Source of the DNA: Haliotis cracherodii
Lineage: Eukaryota
Direction of reading: 5' to 3'
Assembly (NCBI RefSeq): GCF_022045235.1
Contig: NW_027266275.1
Location: forward strand, 53,010,001 to 53,074,000
Length of the DNA stretch: 64,000 bases
Of this stretch, positions 61,742 through 64,000 are shown one piece after another (position 1 is the first letter of the stretch; each line of letters starts with the position of its first letter). A model generated the notes under the pieces. The model made no database searches. It saw nothing but the letters and a program-made list of their open reading frames with translations, and was not told where the DNA came from. The position numbers and the translations under genes were made by a program.

Positions 61742-64000
61742 AGGGGAAGTGTACACGCAAAAATCACTTTCTTTCTTATTTTAAACAAAACGGAATTTTA
61801 GAATAAGTTAGTATCAGTGTTTGAAAATATACACTCATTTTTCTCACAGTCAATGTAGCGAGCTCACAATAAGTGTGAAAATGTCATGCCGTTATGAGGC
61901 CTTCGTTTTCCGAGCTAAACAGGCCTGAGTTATCCCCCTTAGATTATTACTGGGTCCCTGTTTTGTCACAACGCAAAAGATATCAAGTACCAGTTTATGG
62001 TGAAACAACATGGCATCCGATACCTTGCCTGGTCCGAAGAAGTTCCCTTGACCCTTCAAGAAATCGCAAAACCATACGATTTTGAACCAAAACGAGCAAG
62101 CTTCGCGGTACGGAAACGATGCAAATCAAGTGGAAACAAGAGAAGACCCACATCACCTAATATGCTCATTATTACGTTTTCAGAAGCGGAAACGTAATAT
62201 TCTAAGAGATTTTTGTCACGCCTGGTGACCCGCATGCTTCGTCTGGCACACCCTGTTACGACCCTATCGCCGGTATCGGCATTGTCGTCAATCTGAGTTT
62301 GTCTGTATTAGGTGTAACTATTCCCACCACCTATAGGCTACAGATCAATGCTACTTGCCAATATCAAGAAACGTTGTCACTGCCAAACGTTGTCTCAACA
62401 AGATTACACATTAGGCCTACCAGCTGATGAGACCATATGCTTAGAGTAACACGAAAATGGGGTACGTCCCAGTACGTTTCTAAAGTCGGTTGCCGAGTGG
62501 AAACGCACTGGGGGTAAAATAGATTCTCTTTGATTTTTTCCCATCCGAGTTCAAAATACCTGCCATATTTATTGATAACTAATTGGATGTCGTACTTCAC
62601 ACTTCACACCGTCCCCATTTGAAAGTGAAAAGATAGATCACTCAATTGATTTGTTTAGTGTTTGAAATCAGTTACTGCAGTAGGCCCATTATCTTATTCT
62701 ATTTAATAGATAATTGGTTATTGGTTTGTTCTGACAACCATTCATATAAAATGCATTGCAACTTTGCAGGGAAACTATTTATCATCTATTATGGGGCCAG
62801 ATTTAAAAAAAAATGTTTAGAAACTATAAAAAAGAATCTAATATATAATTAATTATTACAAACAGTGGGTTGTTCAACTGAGTGGACCAGATACATGTAA
62901 CATGTTTACAAAAAGCTCATTTACTGTCATAATCAATACATATAAATTATCTAAGAAACTATAAGTAAAACTTGTTGAATATTAGTGATAAATATTTGAA
63001 ATTGTAAATCTTTGTTTGGAAATTAAGACCTCCCAACGTGACCTTTTGAGCAAAACGTCTGTAACAACCACCCCCTAAAATGCAAATGAAATATGCAATC
63101 ATCTTTTTTATATGAGTGAGTGAGTAGGATTTTACCCCTCTTTAAGCAATATTCCAGCAATATCACAACTGGGGGACACCAGAAAAGGGCTTCACATGTT
63201 GTGCCCATGTGGGGAATCAAACTTGGGTCTTCAGTGTGACGATCGAACGCTTTCACCACAAGGCTAGCCCACCACCCTTTTTTATATTAACACTTGAAAT
63301 GAAGTTTAGAGAACATATAATATGATTTACTTTCATCAATATATTTTATTATGCATTTTAAGATCTATCATGCACAACAAACAAATCTGACAAGTAAAAT
63401 AAGAGATTCGAGTACCATAAATGTTTATTTGCCAGCAAGTTGTGAAAGCATAAGTAACTTGTAAGGTTATTAAATTACATCAGTGATATTGAAACATGCC
63501 CACAATATTTCAAGAAGTATTCAAACCTACAATAATAAACACATCATGTCAACATGATAGAACTATAAACTGTTTTGGTATTTATTGAATTATTCACATG
63601 TAATAAAAATTATGCATATATCATCAATACAAGTTACTTCTTATATAAGCATCCCTCCTGATTTAATGACAAAAAAATATACCGGTATGTAAATGGTATG
63701 ATATTTTTTTGTAATGTTGTGCATAGCTTGACTAATAAAAGACACTTTTTCATTGCAGAATCTATCTACACCTCATTAACAAGAGGTTCACTTTGGGGAT
63801 TTGCAGAAATAGTTGAAGAATCAGAGAAAGTTATTCCATCTTTTGTTGTCGAGGTGATTCATGAAAGATTTCCATCTGATGTATGTAATGTTTTTCTCTA
63901 TGCTCATTAAAATTAAAAAAAAATCACTGAAATCTTGTTTTATGGTCTCTGATAACAATCAGCCTTTGCTGTTTCATTTGATAAGTTTCTGTAATACAGG
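61742..64000 (+). mobile_element. Probable decayed Kolobok-like DNA transposon (KolX / P2X7 C-terminal-like ORF remnants)
   Basis: TTAA|AGGGG terminus at 61738-61746; KPYDFEP at about 62070; CHC...ETIC near 62375-62440; WG...VIPSFVVEVIHERFPS at 63795-63880 after an AG acceptor. Right end not in the window. Confidence 0.45.

Overview
Eukaryotic (animal) genomic DNA, AT-rich with GT-AG spliceosomal introns; repeat content suggests a mollusc, probably a gastropod such as abalone (inference, not verifiable here). The first ~29 kb is essentially non-coding and repeat-rich, with only weak hints of 5' exons of a minus-strand gene leaving the window. The gene-bearing part holds: an uncharacterised ~347-aa minus-strand gene with a C-terminal RRM-like domain (30129-33198), head-to-head with COX19 (36515-39081, +); TEFM (44245-46891, -); and two convergent GT10 alpha-1,3-fucosyltransferase paralogues (about 50693-51940 + and 58080-59229 -) separated by a young 38-bp satellite, a MITE and a deleted Tc1 element. 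Four short retroposon families (my labels A-D) are present in many copies. B, C and D have tRNA-derived heads. A has no Pol III boxes but a fixed 5' end that folds as a pseudoknot plus hairpin, which is my best candidate for an undescribed functional RNA. All four share a covarying 3' stem-loop. There are also mariner, L2/CR1-type LINE and probable Kolobok remnants, several MITEs and three minisatellites. No CRISPR, rRNA or intact tRNA gene was found. All homology calls are by eye and no database search was run.
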